Part shown: positions 27,030 to 39,131 of the stretch, piece after piece | Layout of the letters: each line of letters opens with the position of its first letter | Position numbering within the stretch: the stretch's first letter is position 1 | NCBI GenBank assembly: GCA_023920165.1 | Contig: CP089279.1 | Coordinates: 434,001 to 498,000 of the forward strand | Direction of reading: 5' to 3' | Origin: Curvularia clavata | Lineage: Eukaryota | DNA: 64,000 bases | Notes under the pieces: generated by a model | Told to the model about the DNA's origin: nothing | The model's input: the letters and a program-made list of their open reading frames with translations, nothing else | Databases searched by the model: none | Translations under genes and position numbers: made by a program

Positions 27030-27867
27030 TCAACAACAGCTGCCCCAGCCTTGCTGCTTTCCCTTCTTGCTTGCGTCATTCAGATTGATGCCTCCTCGGT
27101 TGGCGCCTCCGCCGCCAGGGCCCTTGACACCGCTCCGCCGGTCATTCAGATCATATTTGCCTGCCTCAATGTTTTGATATATCCTCTCTGCCACCTCGAG
27201 AAACGCTCTTTCTACACCCTCTCCACTCTTGGCACTTGTCTCAACATATTGCATTACGCCATTCGCTTTGCACCACTCTTCAGCTTCTTCCCTTGTTACT
27301 TGTCGCTTGTTGGCAGCATCCGAACCCGACACGGTAGAGGAACCGGCGAGATCAGACTTGTTGCCCACGAGGACCACAACAATGCCCTCCTCTGCGATTT
27401 GACGCAAGTCGTTCAACCATGACGTCGCCGACAGAAACGTGTTCTTGCGCGAGATGTCAAACACCAAGAGTGCGCCCGAGGCGCCTCGGAAGTAGCTTCG
27501 CGTGATGCTCTTGTACGTCTCTTGCCCTGCCGTATCCCAGAGCGACAGCTTCATGTGCTTTTGTTCCTGTTTTTGTTTCTGGGGCGAGGTGGGCGTTTGT
27601 GCTTGGGTAGATTTGGCGGGGTTGTTGATGTTGAGGGCATACGAGGCTGGAGGTCCGACCGGGACAATGCGCGAGCCGAACTCTACACCGATGGTTACGT
27701 CGTGATGGGGTGAGAAGCGGCCTTCGCACAGGCGGACAGTGAGCTGCACAAGGTCAGTATTGAACAGCAGGACAGGGGCGGGGGACTTTGTCGCATACAC
27801 TTGATTTACCGCATCCCGAGTCGCCCAAGGACACTATCTTGGCTATGTAGTCCCATGGCTGAGCCAT
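27030..27867 (-). CDS. Rab-family small GTPase (Rab2/4-like)
   Basis: Intron 27744-27798. G1 GDSGCGKS, TIGVEF, WDTAGQE, NKSD, ETSAK; C-terminal CC prenylation motif. Confidence 0.92.
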
Positions 27868-28896
27868 GACAGTATGCTACGCCGTGCGGCGGCGGGTATC
27901 GAGGCTGTGACTCGGAGCGGAGCGCAGGCGGCAGATCAGGTGCTAGGGGGTGCTTGGGGCTTGGGTGTTGTACAGGCTCAGATTGTCGACAGGAACAGAG
28001 GCGTGGTAGCTGGTTTGACAGAGGGCAAGTTGGTAGATGGAGATTCAGGTGAGGTCAGGTCAGGGTTCAGCAATGCGGTCATAGCTCGGCAACCGCTGGA
28101 AGCAGAGAATGGGAGGCAGCGAACCACGAGCTTGGTGCAGAAGCAAAACGGTGCCAACCAAAGGCGCCGCTAGCAAGCGCTGGATGTATGCCTGGTAGGC
28201 TGCTGCGTCCGTCCCCCGGTCTTTCGCCGTGGCTGGTACTCGGCATGCTACTTGACATGGCCGCCGAAGTGTCTCCGGGCAGTCTTGCTTTCTCATCTCG
28301 ACTTGCATCACCCTGACGAAACCCAGCCCGCTGTCCCAGAAACAGCGCGTGCAGGACGTGCAACCATTTCAAGCAGATGAGGATGACAGCCACGTCGATT
28401 GAGTGGGCATGGCAGGTCAGGTAGATAGGCGTGTGAAGCTGGCAGCGGAGCGGCGCGTGCGCCCATGTTCACGAGGTTGCTGGGCTGGGTCCGATATCGA
28501 TAAGCCTGGACGCGCGCACTAGCTGGTGAGCCATGAGCAACCCCATCACACAGCAACTCGCCCGGCAGCTTCAGCCTCAATACCGCCCCAGGCCCTAGCG
28601 CCCTACTTTGTCTATTCCCACCTCCGGCCTATCCAGTCCACTATTCTCACCATCACCTCCGTCTCCCACCCGCCCTCGTCGTCATCCCGCAGACTGGTCG
28701 CGTCGTCGGGCTGCATGTCTCTTCGACTGCGTCATCCGCGCCTGCCTCTTGTACTCCGGTACCCTTGTACTCGACCGCCTCACAACCGCTGACGGCCTAC
28801 GCTGCGAGCATACTTCACTCAGCATCCAAATATCCGGCGCCCCCCACGCCAAAGCCACCCATATTTTGACCACATCCATCCCTCGCTTCGCCTGTC

Positions 28897-31278
28897 ATGT
28901 TCTCCGAGTGTAAGTAGCCTGGCGCCTTATCAGGTACATGTGACAGGGCCACCGCCTCTTGTCTTATGTGCCTTGCTCACTCGCGTGACTAACATGCGTG
29001 CTTCACAGATGCATCCAAGTTCCTCTCGCAGTCACAGTCGCGACTGTCACTCGGCCAGCCAGATGGCACTTTGAACCGCAACGCCCCCGACAGGCAACGT
29101 CCCTCATCGCGCGCCGCTCAAGCCTACCTCCAGCGTCGCAACATGCCCAACCCCTACAACTCACAGGCCATGAGCCGCTTCGCCTTTGCCTCACGAACAT
29201 CAAATGCCCCCGCTCCACTGTTTTACTCAGCCACGGACGACTTCCGGGAAGAAGACGACCATGTCGAGCACGATCGGGAAATGGCAGATCACTATGCCCT
29301 GCAGCGGTCACGGCGGCAGTTTGGTGCAAGCAACCTTTCAGAATCATCCGAGGTCGAAGACGACCACGTTCAGCAATCAGACCACACAATAGAAGCCGAC
29401 CGGGGCGACAACGATGCTCCCGGTTACGGACTCGGCCGGGGAATCAAGAGCTCATGGATAGGGGACAACCCTGCTCGCGGAAGGCCTACAACCGCCAAAA
29501 GATCCTACGATGAAGAGCGAGAGTCCAGCGTCCCCCTATCCGAGACCACAGACCGCAGTAGCAGGGGGAGAGTAAATCTGGTAGATGTCGAGCTGGAATC
29601 CACAGATCGAGAGAGCATGGAAGAGCTGGACCGTGATGAATTATTAGGACACCAAGACGAACCACCACCTTCATTCCAGCAGTTTCGGAACATGCCTAGG
29701 CCAAAACGCGGTCGCAGTCCGCTACGAAACACCCTCCCCATACCCCAGGAGACTGACGAAGACACCCTGCTGGAGCACCCACGGCCCATAAGTCCGGACC
29801 GCCAAACTGTTCCCGACGATGTCCCCGAAAATCCGACATTGGCGCCCCGGCATAATTTCTTCTGGGCTGAGCTCTTCATAATTGTGCAGTGTGCCATTCT
29901 GGGCACATGGTTCATTTCTTTCTTGCAGGAATCGCCACCAAACAAGAAAAACCCATTAGGCGATACGATCTACACTGTTCTGCGCTCGTCATTCCATCTG
30001 ATTGGTGTCTACTCGCTCGTCTCAGTTATAGTCGGCGTCCTGTGGCTGTCGCTTCTTCGCTCTTTTGCTCGACCCTTAGTGAGCCTCATGTTACTGGCAG
30101 TACCGGTCATTTCCGTGTCTTTCTTCTTCTACCCTTTTGTCTCAAGCTTCAAGGGGTACTGGCACGGCGAGAGCGTTCAAGACCGGCTGATGCGCTGGCT
30201 CTCTTTCGGTCCACTATGCTTTGCTGGCTTCTGGGTGTACACTATCCTCAAGGCACGGCATTCACTCGATAAGGCTACGGGCATGCTAGAGTTTTCCAGC
30301 GAAATTCTGAGAGCACAGTTCCCACTACTTCTTGTAGGAATCGCAACATTAGGCGCTGTAATTCTGTGGTCGTGGCTCTGGATTCTCATGTTCACCCACT
30401 TGTTCCTCGGAGGCCACTTCACAGGCAACAAGTCTCGATGGATCATCGATGCAAGCACCTGGTGGCTTGGCATCGCCTTCTTCCTGGACTATTTCTGGAC
30501 ACTGGCTGTCATTGCCGGTGTGCAGCGAGCCACTACAGCAGCAACTGTATCTCAATGGTACTTCCATCGCAACAGCGTGCCAACACCTTCTCCCCGCACC
30601 GTCGTTCAGGCCTCCCTTAGCCACGCAACCTACACGATGGCTGGCACGATTTGTCTGTCAACGCTAATCTCCCTGTTGGTCCGCCTTCCACTAATTGTTC
30701 TCCCGAGGAGATTCGCCGGCATGATAGGCATGTGTGCTTACGCGGTTGTGCCGACTCCGATTGCTGCCTTGACAAACCCACTCACTCTGACCTTCGCCTC
30801 CATTCATGGAGTGCCTCTTAACCAGGCTGCACTGGGTCTGTCTCAGATGAATTTTATATCTGCGGCGTCCCCGACAACGACCCTCGGCCCAAGCTCGTTC
30901 AAAGATCACGGCCGACCATCCATACAATCTTACCGGCTGGCAAAGCTTCTCCTTCACGCCATCCGTTGGGTCATTACCCTCGCGCTCGGCTTTGGTGGTT
31001 GGGTATCTACTGCACGCATGCTTCAATTAGGCAACGGCACGGTGCCATACAAAGGCAGTCTCTACGCCTATGTCGTCGGTCTGATCAGTGCGGCAATTGG
31101 CTGGGGCGCGCTAGGTGCCATGGAAGGTGTGCTTGGTGGCATCTTGGACGCAGTGTTAGTATGCTGGGGCAGTGAAGTGGGAAGAGACGGTCAAGGAGAG
31201 GCTAGGTATTGTGTTGATGCGGGACGTTTGTTTGGAAACGAAGTCACGGGTCGGGGAAGAGCCAGATATGAAGTCTGA
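28897..31278 (+). CDS. Choline transporter-like (CTL/PNS1/SLC44) membrane protein
   Basis: 13-nt first exon (28897-28909), intron 28910-29008. Long disordered N-terminus, ~10 TM segments, TTAATVSQWYF motif. Confidence 0.82.
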
Positions 31279-31795
31279 TGTAAGTTTGATATAAACATCA
31301 ACGGCGTGGAGTTTTAAGGTCAATCTGGACAGGATCACGGATATTCGTGCTTGGGTATACCTATTCTTTTTGTCTTCTTCTTTTTTTTTTTTTTAGTTTC
31401 TTCTCCGTTTATTCTTTCTTTCTCTTTGTTCTCCCATAAGACTTGTTGATGGCATCATATGTAGCGATCGCATAGTGTAGCCGTACGTAGGGAAAGCATC
31501 ATTGTTTGTTGGTGTCAGAGTCGAATTGCACCCTACCAGATCTTCGTCCGTAGAAATGCTTCCGGCAGAGATTGGTCGTTGCATCCAGTATCAGAACGGA
31601 CTAGCTAGGTCCGGACGTGTAAACAAAGTCCCAGCCCGTCCTGCGTCATGGTTCGGTTAATAGCTAGCGCGAACTGACGCGTAGGAAAGCGGGACCCGAT
31701 CAACATGGCTACTGCAGCCCAAACATGGGCCACCGCAGTGACGAGCACCACGACTACACTACGCTCAGCCTCTATGGAGTGCCTTTCCCGCCGCC

Positions 31796-34626
31796 ATGTC
31801 CTCGCGCAACGTCCCAACCATGAAATCCCTGTCTGCGGCTGAACGTCGTTCCGTGAATGCCAGTCACTCGTCGACCGCGCGACCCCGCGTCGCCATGGGA
31901 GAAGAACAAGACCGTCGAAGCACCACCACACCATTACATGCGAAGAGGCACTCTGCCACCATGCGCGCAACTGGCCCGGCCACAGGCGAGCGACGCACCG
32001 AAAAGCGTGAGGTTCGTGAACGGGAGACAGAAATTAGGCGCATCAAAAGCCCGCTGAAGCCCTCGAGCGAGAGCCGGCCAAGTGCTCGAAGCCGCGTAGA
32101 GAAACAAGCGCGTGATGTCGAGAGACCGTCTCGAAGTTCCGCCTCGCAAAAGTCTACGCATGAAGAACCCCAAGCGCCATGGGAACCACAAGCATCCCTA
32201 GTGCCGCATACCACAGCCCCGTTGGCTACTCGCATCTCCGTTCCTCCCCTCGCGGCCACCGCCCCTGTGTCGTTGCAGCCCACACCGCTCGCGCAGCTGT
32301 CTTTGGAAGCGCAGGAAAAGGCGATCCTAGAGGATCTGTTGTTTGTATTCATGGGGTTTGAGGGACAGTACATTCGTTTCAGCGATGTATATAATCCACA
32401 CGAAGAGAAGGAGCGCCTGGTCGGACCCCAGTTCCGCCTGATGCCTGGCCTCGACCCGAGTCTGCGCGACCTGACCAAATCCATGTTGAAGACTGCCACT
32501 CACTACATTGCTGTCGAAGCTTGTGTCGAAGTTCTGAGCAGGGAGGAATACGGTGCTGTTAACCACGCTCTGTGTGCTGCTGTACGGCGGTTGCTGAAGG
32601 ACTATCTCACCCTGATAGCACAACTGGAACACCAACTTTTGACCAACGATTCCTTTACCCTCCATGTGCTGAACCTACATACCAAACAAACAAGCCACAT
32701 GCTGTTCCAACTCTATACCACAGGCATTGAACTGCTGAAAGCAAACGGGATACTGGAGGATGAAAAGGACGAGGATTCGGCCGACGACGATAGCAATGAT
32801 TTTGAAAACATCCTCGAATCGTTACGTGAAGGAGGGAATGCCACAAAGAAAATCTGCAAAGGTGGAAGTGTACTGGGCCTTATCACAAAGCGCCTTGCCT
32901 CCATGTCAGGAGATCCAGCAGCGCGCACACTATTGACGACCCTGCTACGAGAAGCTAGCAGACCATACATGGCCATGCTTAACGAGTGGCTACATCATGG
33001 TGGGATCAAGGACCCGCATTCCGAGTTCCTGATCAAAGAGCAGAGGAGCATCAAGCGGGAGCGATTGGACCAAGACTACACAGATGAATACTGGGAGAAG
33101 CGATATACTATACGTGATAACCTGGTTCCTCCACAGCTCGAGGCAGTGAAGGATAAAGTACTGTTGGCAGGCAAATACCTCAACGTAGTCCGCGAGTGCG
33201 GAGGCGTTGATGTGAGCAAAATTGTGCAGGACGCGCCAACTAGCTTCGATGACCCTCGCTTCCTGGACAATGTCAACTCTTCATACGCCTACGCCAACTC
33301 CTCCCTCCTCAATCTGCTCCTCACAACACATCAGCTCCCTGCACGATTACGGTCACTGAAACACTACTTCTTCCTCGATCGATCCGACTTCTTCACATAC
33401 TTCCTTGAGATGAGCGAGCTCGAGCTCAAGAAGCCAGCCAAGCACGTTAATGTCGGCAAACTGCAGTCTTTGTTGGATCTCGCCACCCGCCATGCTGGTT
33501 CAGTGGCTGTGGAGGATCCATACAAGGAGGACATCAAGGTCCAGATCAACAATACTGGATTGACCAATTGGCTTATGAAGATTGTCAACGTCCAAGGTCT
33601 TGACCAAGAAGCCGCTACTGCCACTCTTTCAAGCTACACACCGGCAAATTCTGCCCCCATTACAGACGATACGAACATCACCGGGTATCAAGCATTGGTC
33701 TTTGATTACGCTATGCCATTCCCACTGTCACTGGTAGTCAGCAGAGTCACATTGACTCGCTACCAATTACTCTTCCGCTATCTCTTGAGTTTAAAGCACC
33801 TTGAGACTGACCTGGCCAAGTGCTGGGGCGAGCAGGGCAAAAATGCAGCTTGGAAACATCGCTCGAGAAACCCCCGTATTGAGCAATGGAAACGTCGAGC
33901 CTGGACACTTCGTGCGCGTATGTTGGTGTTTGTCCAACAGCTTACATATTACTGCACGTCAGAAGTCATTGAGCCAAATTGGGCCTCATTGATGTCGCGG
34001 ATAAGTGAGGAGAAAAATCAGGATGCAAGAGCCAAGGGCAAGACGACGGAAGACGACAGCGGTGGGCCTCAGGTGAAGCGAACAGTGGATGAGCTGATGC
34101 AAGATCACGTCGACTTTCTTGCTACCTGTTTGAAGGAATGCATGCTTACTAACAGCAAGCTGCTCCGAGTAAGTTCTTCTTCCACTTTGCAACGAAATTG
34201 TCGCTAATTTATTCTCAGATCAACAACAAGATTATGCAGACATGCAGCATGTTCGCATCCTTTACCTACTCGCTTTCCCGCTACCTTATCACCGGCGACC
34301 CGGATCTCGTCGCCCAAATCAATGCCACTCTTGCACCCCCACAGCCATCCAAGTCCTCCAAAGCCCCTGCTGCTCCGCTCCTTGCTGCAACACATCGACC
34401 CACATCCCAATTCGTGTATGATCCACAACGCGTGGACAAGATGTTCGACATGCTAGCCAAGTACGAAGAGAATTTCACTCGCCATCTGAAGATTCTGCTC
34501 GACACGCTGAATTACCTTGCCGCCACCGAGACGGTCGTCTTCTTGAGTCTCTGTGCCCGTTTGACGAGCGCCGGAGAGGGCTTAAGCGGATTCCAGGTGC
34601 CCATGGGTATGGAGGGCATTGCCTAG
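31796..34626 (+). CDS. SPC97: Gamma-tubulin complex component GCP2 (Spc97/Alp4)
   Basis: Intron 34169-34218. ILEDLLFVFMGFEGQYI, DYTDEYWEKRYT, AGKYLNVVRECG, LRSLKHYFFLD. Confidence 0.92.
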
Positions 34627-34955
34627 CGCTGGACCAGGGTCCTCATTTTTCTGTTTATTCCATGTACACAAAGTTTGCTCCAGGCGCTTCAGCGATACCA
34701 GACAGTGTTCTCTCTCTGCCTTTATTCATGGCTAGTAAGAGGGAGATTGCAAATGAGTTATGACATGTTTATCCAACCAATAGAGTTTTTTTCTTTTTCT
34801 GATCTTCTTGAGGTGGCCGTCAGAGGATGAGGCTTCGGCTTATTTCACATAGCAACGACGCAAAGTCCTATTGTTAAAATCGGGCCATGTATAAGATACC
34901 AAATAGCTTTGGCTAGATCAATGGTAGCAGAAAAGAGACCCTCAATGAGACTATT

Positions 34956-36179
34956 CTAATACATCTTAAAAGGACACCCCTTATCCGCACTCTGACTCTT
35001 CGTCTTCTCTTTTACAACCTTCCATGTCAAATCCATCAACTGCTCACCCAACTTCTCATCATTCGCCAATTCACTCCCTGGCTCTGGAATCGCAGGCGGA
35101 CACACATACTGGCCCGTCTGTTCCGTCTTGGTAGCGGCAAACATGGTGCTAACGGCACCTTCAAACTGCGTCTTCTTGAACGGCGCCAAACCGACGCTGA
35201 CGCCGTACCCGGCCAAAGGAAACGCCTCGTGGATGTGCTCGACGGACTGCCGTGTCTCGACGACACCGGGGTGCGCGGCATTCGAAAGGATGTTTGGGTG
35301 GGAGGAAGACAGGTGCCGGGCTAGGTAGCGGGCGTATAAGATAGCAGCGAGTTTGGAGCGACCGTATTGTGCGTTTGGTCCAAGGTCTTGGTTGAGTTCC
35401 TCGAGAGAAGCATATTTTGTGTCTTTGGGCGCGTTTTGATGCGCGTTGGAGGCGAGCTGCACGATGCGGACTTTATCCCCCTTCTCCGCGGTTGATTTGA
35501 GCAAAGGTAGGAGATGTGAAGTTAGTACGACGTGGCCCATGTGGTTGCCAGCCATGTGTAGGTCGACACCGTTCTTGGCGAGCTGGTACGTCATGATTCC
35601 CCTGCCGGCGTTGTTGATGAGGATATCCAAGCGGTCGGTCTTCTTGGAGATTTCAAAGGCGGTTTTGCCGGTTTGCTCCCAGTCAGATAAGTCGCATTTT
35701 AGCCATTCGACGCGCGAGGCTTTGTCCTCGCCGAGTTCTTTAGCGATGGCGGATGTGGCGTCCGAGGCAATGTCTTCGCTCATAGAGATGATGAAGAGTT
35801 TGGATATGTTCTTGGAGAGAAGCGTGTGTGTGCACCCATAGCCGATGCCTTCTGAACCACCAGTTACGACGGCAACTTTGCCGCTGAGGTCGGGGACTTC
35901 TTCGAGAGAGAATTGCTGGTCGGCAGGCGCTAGGGAGTGGGCATTTGAGATTGTTTTGCCGAGGTTCTCAGCAATGGTGTTTTTGACGGCTTGCATGTTG
36001 TTGGATATTGGAGTTTCTACTGGGCCAGCGAAGCGGTCGGTGTTTGGCTTGTTGGATGATGAAGTGGCTCTTGAGGTGCAAGAGAATCTAGCAATCGATA
36101 TGCGTGGGAGGACTGAGGTGTTTTGGATGCTGCAGGAAAAAAGGGGAATTCCACGCCTAAATAATCGTGTTGATTGCAT
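34956..36179 (-). CDS. Short-chain dehydrogenase/reductase (retinol-DH/WWOX-like, Bli-4-like)
   Basis: TGGSEGIG, NNAG, YGRSK, AHPGVV motifs. In-frame ATGs at 36179 (presequence-like) and 35996. Confidence 0.88.
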   Translation of the reverse strand: MQSTRLFRRGIPLFSCSIQNTSVLPRISIARFSCTSRATSSSNKPNTDRFAGPVETPISNNMQAVKNTIAENLGKTISNAHSLAPADQQFSLEEVPDLSGKVAVVTGGSEGIGYGCTHTLLSKNISKLFIISMSEDIASDATSAIAKELGEDKASRVEWLKCDLSDWEQTGKTAFEISKKTDRLDILINNAGRGIMTYQLAKNGVDLHMAGNHMGHVVLTSHLLPLLKSTAEKGDKVRIVQLASNAHQNAPKDTKYASLEELNQDLGPNAQYGRSKLAAILYARYLARHLSSSHPNILSNAAHPGVVETRQSVEHIHEAFPLAGYGVSVGLAPFKKTQFEGAVSTMFAATKTEQTGQYVCPPAIPEPGSELANDEKLGEQLMDLTWKVVKEKTKSQSADKGCPFKMY

Positions 36180-36790
36180 AGTTGGCAAATATGTCACAAG
36201 ACGTCTTAGACGGCCTTTTTAGGTATTTGGATCTGAGGTCATTGTCCGCGGTGAATAGCCAAAAGCAATGCTGCAATTGGCGTGAATGCTCTCAGACAAC
36301 ATGGCAACCAATAGTATTTTCATTGATGTCAGCACTTCTGCAAGGTCGGCATGTTGCCTGGACATTGTGGAGTAGATCGAGGGTAGATCGAATTTATTGA
36401 CATGCTGATGACGCGTTGATGAAAGCCATGCCAAGTGTGATGGGTTAGGATTAGCGTGGCTGCTATACTCAATCTTATCGATAGCCTCAATCTCATCTGC
36501 AGGCACCCGGCGGGCCCTAACATGACGTGCGTCAAGGATTGTAGATGAATCTGATTCGTGGAGGTGCTGGTTGCGATTCATGTGAGTGGTGAAAGTGAGT
36601 CCTAATTCCCCGTGCTTGTTGTCTCTGGAGTGAAGATGAAACACAATAATTTCGGTTACAATGTGCTGTCACCTGTTACACATCTTACAACGGCGTTTCG
36701 AAGTTGGTGTAACCATTCTCGAAGAATGATTGGTGTTCGTTCGTCAACAGCTATTTTACAGCAGGTTCTAAGATCAACGTCTGACAGAAG

Positions 36791-37516
36791 ATGGACATGT
36801 TGCGGGATGTCACCATGGAATCACCAGCCAACTCTCCAACGGTCTCCCGGCGGTTGAGCCTCGCCAACCTTGCCTCCACTTTTGTCTCTAGCAATATCGA
36901 CCCAACTGAAGCGGCGGTGATTCGGAAGGCTCAAATGAACTCCGATCTCATTAGTGCGTTCAAGAGCGCTTGCTACCCAGGAATAAAGCCTTACATTACA
37001 GGCGTGGGTCTTTATACGCATATCGCGGGCCCTTCAAAACCCTCCACGTCTACTCAGGAGGAAATCTTGCCATCGCAACCCAGATTTGTACCTATTCAAC
37101 GACCCTTTGGAAGTCAGGACTCTGGCTCAAAGTTACCCGAGAAAGTACGCAAGGCCTGGGAAGACCTACGGGACATCATCAAAGTCGAGGGGGAGGTGGT
37201 TGGCAAACTCAAACTTGGGCTTGAGCATCTCACGGAAAGATATCGAGGGCTTCCAGTTCCGGACCTTTCGGTGTTTCTAGCACACTCAGAGCGACAAGAC
37301 ATGTTGATGCCATGGGATCAACCGATTCGACGTGATACCGTCATTGTCGAAGTAGCAATGGAATTGCAATCTGCGAGTCGTCGAACCCCTGACGTGGTGG
37401 GCGCGAATGTTTCTGAGGATGATGTACCTATGCAGGGGATGGAAGGAGAAATAAACAGGAAAATTCCTTCCAGTACGCAGATATACGGTCCGGATCCGAG
37501 GAGGCAAAGGCAATGA
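36791..37516 (+). CDS. Hypothetical protein (241 aa), no recognised domain
   Basis: Uninterrupted ATG-to-stop ORF, divergent from the SDR gene; ends in DPRRQRQ. Confidence 0.55.
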   Translation: MDMLRDVTMESPANSPTVSRRLSLANLASTFVSSNIDPTEAAVIRKAQMNSDLISAFKSACYPGIKPYITGVGLYTHIAGPSKPSTSTQEEILPSQPRFVPIQRPFGSQDSGSKLPEKVRKAWEDLRDIIKVEGEVVGKLKLGLEHLTERYRGLPVPDLSVFLAHSERQDMLMPWDQPIRRDTVIVEVAMELQSASRRTPDVVGANVSEDDVPMQGMEGEINRKIPSSTQIYGPDPRRQRQ

Positions 37517-37964
37517 GATGGAACATGTAAATTAATGGAATTTTTCCTAAGACACAAAGTTAGCACAGTGAAGTTCTTGATCCTATGTTTCAGCCTGTCC
37601 AGAATAATATTTTTCTAACCGTGATAGCTGGTTGAGGGATGGTATAAACAGCAACAACCGCTAGGCAGAAAGACAAACGACAAAGACTCTAAAAAATTGC
37701 TTTCGTTTTATCGGTGGGAACGACTGAAGTGGGAGCACTTCTGGTACGTACCTTTTGACAAGGATACACTTATAGCGGCCTGCAAGGGCTAAAGCTCTCC
37801 AGTAGACAAGATACGAATGTATTCACGGCGATTTAAGACAACAGTAGCGGGAACAGGTAGGCCTACTACAAGCGGCCTCTAAGCAATACAGCCTCTACGC
37901 ATTAAATTCCTACCAATAAGGCTCAGATGCGGCTAAGAGACCGTGATAGGCGCCCAAAACATAC

Positions 37965-38525
37965 CTCCTTGATTACAAAAGTCCGAAGGTTCGAGATTGA
38001 TGGAAGCGCAATGGATCCGCGAATACGCTTAGCTTCGCCAGCAAACCACCACGCGAACCCGAGAGCATAATCGATCTCCCCCAAGGCCTCTGTGGTCAGT
38101 TTATCAGTCTCGTAGACTACTAATCTAGCAGGGTCATATAGTGCAGCAGTGATAAGGTCGTGCCATTTGAGGAGCATCTGAGCACGGTTACGCGGATTGG
38201 TTGAGCGGTAGCTTAGGAAGGCTTCATGGGAAGTTTCAACATGTTGGTCAATATCAGATAGGTTATTCGTTGGGCACCAAGCGAACACCTGTCAAGTGCC
38301 AGGGTTTGTTCTGTTGGTCAGGGTTGACTGTGTAATTTCATGCTCTAGCGTCGTCATCCCTGTTTACCTTCAAAGTCAAATGACTCTTCGGATTCAGCCT
38401 ATACCCATTGGCCATTCGATAGTGTTATCTCATGTAGGAGAGTTGGATCGCCAAGCTTTTCGATGTTAACGCCAGCGAGTGTACTTTTCTAGGTCACTTA
38501 CCTGAGAAGGGAGTTTTCTTGGCAT
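37965..38525 (-). pseudogene. Truncated succinate-semialdehyde-dehydrogenase-like ALDH pseudogene
   Basis: ATG 38525; ALDH N-terminus (NGQWV*AES; PGT*QVFA...RAQMLLKWHDLI...GEIDYALGFAWWFAGEAKRI). In-frame stops at 38399-38401 (TAG) and 38292-38294 (TGA). No recognisable ALDH sequence after the intron donor at 37964. Confidence 0.85.
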
Positions 38526-38744
38526 GATGCTATATTCAAACAACACTTCTATTTGTGTCACGACGACTTCGGGCTTCCGTTTACATTTTTCAAGAAAACT
38601 CGATCGCATTCGCATTGAAATGTAAGGTGAAAGTCGTCATTAGAGTAAATAATTCAGGGATTCTCAGCACCTCCGAACTACGACTCGTGTCTGGAACAAC
38701 TTTAGCGAGGTTGACGACTCCCTAGTAGCGTGACCGCCAACGCA

Positions 38745-38999
38745 AGCCAGCTTTACCTTTAGAGGTGCGCATTCCCGATCAACAAGTTTTAATCATAATT
38801 AGCCATACCCCTAAAGGCATGTACATACGTGAATCTAGAAAGCGATATCGCTCTACATACCAACATATAATTTTTCATAGCTAGCCTTACCTTTGGAGGT
38901 GCGTATTTCCGATCAACAAGTCTTTACTTTAATTAGCTATACCTCCAAAGGTATGTGCATACGTAAAGCTAGAAAGCGACATCGCTCCGAATGCCGACA
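38745..38999. repeat. Diverged tandem duplication, 2 units of ~120 bp, period 134 bp, each with an internal inverted repeat
   Basis: Unit 1 38745-38865 (agccagctttacctttagaggtgcgc...agcgatatcgct...) aligns to unit 2 38879-38999 (agctagccttacctttggaggtgcgt...agcgacatcgct...). Confidence 0.9.
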
Positions 39000-39131
39000 A
39001 GTGCTATTGGAGTCGTATGATCTTGCCACTGGCTTCAAGGATTAGTATAGCCTATGTTTCGAGAGATAAAATGCGACCGACATCCTGATACTCTGCCAGA
39101 CCAAAGTTTCCATTCTTGAGAGACATTCATC

